Positions 44,161 through 45,604 of a DNA stretch of 45,604 nt are shown here, piece by piece. This DNA is from a virus (Duplodnaviria > Caudoviricetes). The position numbers and the translations under genes are program-made. Each line of letters opens with the position of its first letter. The stretch's first letter is position 1. The stretch lies in IMG/VR virus record IMGVR_UViG_3300037755_000274, positions 1 through 45,604 of that record. One strand, 5' to 3'. The notes beneath the pieces were generated by a model. That model worked only from the letters and a program-made list of their open reading frames with translations, searched no databases and was not told the origin of the DNA.

Positions 44161-44359
44161 CTCTGGATCAGAGGTATTGTGGTGTTGCACCCCATTACCA
44201 CTTTTGCGCGGTAATGGCCAGTCACAGGTTGTTTATGTCCCCGATATGCACCGGGGCGGGAATTTATTTCTTCGCGTGCAAATAGTTCAGGGCGTAGGCT
44301 TTCGACGTAATGAAAGCCGGGGGCTCGCCCATGGGACAGATTTTGCGTTTTCCGGCCCA

Positions 44360-44578
44360 TCAAACGCGGGCCTCTTCCAAGGGATACAGGTCGGGGCGAA
44401 GTTCATGGCGGGATACGCCAGTCGCCCGCTCAATCGGCAAAACGAACTCGCCCGGCACGCCCTTTTTGGATCGTTCCAGCCAATACCAGACCTGCGATTG
44501 CGTTGTCCCAATCTGGTCGGCCAAGGGCTTTTGCCCTCCGGCGGCCTCGCAAGCCCGGCGTAGTGCTTCGTTCGACAT
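44360..44578 (-). CDS. cro: Cro/YdaS-like repressor
   Basis: AGGQKPLADQIGTTQSQVWYW...IERATGVSRHELRPDLY; divergent from cI. Confidence 0.9.
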   Translation of the reverse strand: MSNEALRRACEAAGGQKPLADQIGTTQSQVWYWLERSKKGVPGEFVLPIERATGVSRHELRPDLYPLEEARV

Positions 44579-44584
44579 GAGGCC

Positions 44585-44656
44585 ACATTACCCACTTTTA
44601 GGTGAAATGCAACCTAAAACTCTGTGTGTTGAGGGCCACCTAAAATTCGGTAGACT
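44585..44656. promoter_or_regulatory. OR region: three operators plus divergent PR and PRM promoters
   Basis: Operators at 44589-44604, 44611-44626 and 44637-44652 (HACCTAAAW...GTR); PR TTGCAT-16-TAATGT on -; PRM TTGAGG-16-TAGACT on +. Confidence 0.75.
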
Positions 44657-44663
44657 CGTCGCT

Positions 44664-45047
44664 ATGAGGGACGTGGACCCGGAAGCATTTGCCAACCGTG
44701 TAAAGGCCCGGCTGGATAAGACCGGTATGAGTCAATCCGCCGCAGCCAAAGAGATTGGAATTCGCCAGCAAACCATGCAGAACGTATGTGCCGGTAAGGT
44801 CAAAAATCCACGGTTTATCAACGAATTAGCAGAAACTTTAACGACCACCAGGGTTTGGCTGTTGTATGGTGACCCGCCCGAGGTCGTTATCCCCGAAAAT
44901 TTACGGGAGCGCGCTGAGACCACATTGTCAGCCGTTGCCGATACGAGGCTCATAGAGGCGATTTCCGCGCTGGAACGTCTCGCTGGACCGCCCTCTCCTA
45001 AAAACGCATCCAAGGGCAAATCTGGGCGAAAGAGCCGGGCCGCATAG
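44664..45047 (+). CDS. cI: CI-like XRE repressor lacking a peptidase S24 domain
   Basis: FANRVKARL...MSQSAAAKEIGIRQQTMQNV...WLLYG. Confidence 0.85.
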   Translation: MRDVDPEAFANRVKARLDKTGMSQSAAAKEIGIRQQTMQNVCAGKVKNPRFINELAETLTTTRVWLLYGDPPEVVIPENLRERAETTLSAVADTRLIEAISALERLAGPPSPKNASKGKSGRKSRAA

Positions 45048-45068
45048 GCCATAACCAGGTCACCAGCC

Positions 45069-45098
45069 GGGGGTGCGGGAAACCGCCCCTCTTTTTTT
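45069..45098 (+). terminator. Terminator after cI
   Basis: GGGGGTGCGG-GAAA-CCGCCCCT followed by T7. Confidence 0.8.
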
Positions 45099-45107
45099 GC
45101 CTGCCCT

Positions 45108-45149
45108 CACCCATTTTTAGGTTGACACCTACCTAAATTCCTGTAGTCT
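45108..45149 (+). promoter_or_regulatory. OL/PL: two operators overlapping a sigma70-type promoter
   Basis: Operators at 45108-45123 and 45130-45145; TTGACA (45122)-16-TAGTCT. Confidence 0.75.
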
Positions 45150-45177
45150 CCCTCCATCGAACAGCCGTTGGAGGGAA

Positions 45178-45480
45178 GTGATGGGCGCGAAGTTCAAATA
45201 TCGAAACCCCTGGCACAAGCCGCATACGACCGACTACGGCCCGGAGGGCTACACGACCGACAAAAAGCCCATCGAGTATCGCGGCTTCCAAATCTTCAAC
45301 CGCTTCAAGGGCTGCCACGAACTGGTGAAGGGCGGCGTTTGCCTGACGCAACGCGCAGGCGGCGGCGCGCTTCATGAATTGGCGGATGCGTTGCTCGGGG
45401 AAAAGAATGAACACCCCGACTGGTTGGTCGCGAGCGCCAGGGCCATCGCTGAAAAACATAACCAAGCAATCGCCGCATGA
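45178..45480 (+). CDS. First PL gene, hypothetical protein
   Basis: GGAGGG RBS. Confidence 0.75.
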   Translation: MMGAKFKYRNPWHKPHTTDYGPEGYTTDKKPIEYRGFQIFNRFKGCHELVKGGVCLTQRAGGGALHELADALLGEKNEHPDWLVASARAIAEKHNQAIAA

Positions 45481-45604
45481 CCTTTGCAGGCGGGCATCTT
45501 CACGGTGCCCGCTCACAAAGTTCATCGAACAGCCGAGAGGGAAAGAGAGGATGCTTTACGATCCGAAGTGGGAAGTTGAAACGAAAACCGATCCACTTTC
45601 TTTG
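45478..45604 (+). repeat. 127-bp terminal direct repeat, copy 2
   Basis: Identical to 1-127. Confidence 0.95.

Larger units (their letters stand above)
1..45604. mobile_element. Complete temperate phage genome (lambdoid organisation, podovirus-like virion module, probable alphaproteobacterial host)
   Basis: Terminase, portal, capsid, lysin, integrase and cI/cro are all present; no host housekeeping genes; ends overlap. Confidence 0.95.

Noticed and set aside
43437-44563. Long ORFs 43437-44363 (-) and 43613-44563 (+)
   Set aside because: No protein-like motifs; they cross GC-rich hairpins, a terminator and real genes.
44310-44663. 245-aa N-terminally extended CI
   Set aside because: The extension is the antisense shadow of cro and the operator region; the HTH domain starts at ATG 44664.
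45478-45604. 127-bp terminal repeat as a biological direct terminal repeat
   Set aside because: 127 is a common assembler k-mer overlap and the repeat cuts into a gene; it indicates circularity, not virion ends.

Overview
The window is an apparently complete, circularly assembled temperate phage genome of about 45,477 bp: positions 1-127 are repeated exactly at 45478-45604. The host is most likely an alphaproteobacterium (GcrA homologue, Rhizobiales-type integrase), and the morphotype is probably podovirus/P22-like (portal, tail hub, ejection proteins, no tape measure or major tail protein). The layout is lambdoid. A cI/cro switch with five 16-bp operators lies at about 44.4-45.2 kb. A + strand early arm (1-16.3 kb) carries recombination genes, xis/int/attP and about 40 small accessory genes. 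The - strand carries replication, packaging, head, tail and lysis genes. The most striking unexplained signal is a quasi-palindromic 16-bp site (NTRAY-N5-RTBASY) at about 20 gene junctions, seen only in the two accessory blocks flanking the tyrosine integrase (5.0-8.9 kb and 12.3-16.3 kb). It divides these blocks into 1-3-gene units reminiscent of an integron-like cassette array. A second signal is a tandem pair of ACCA-ended tRNA-like/C4-like RNA folds between cro and the next gene. All assignments come from reading the sequence; no database searches were run.
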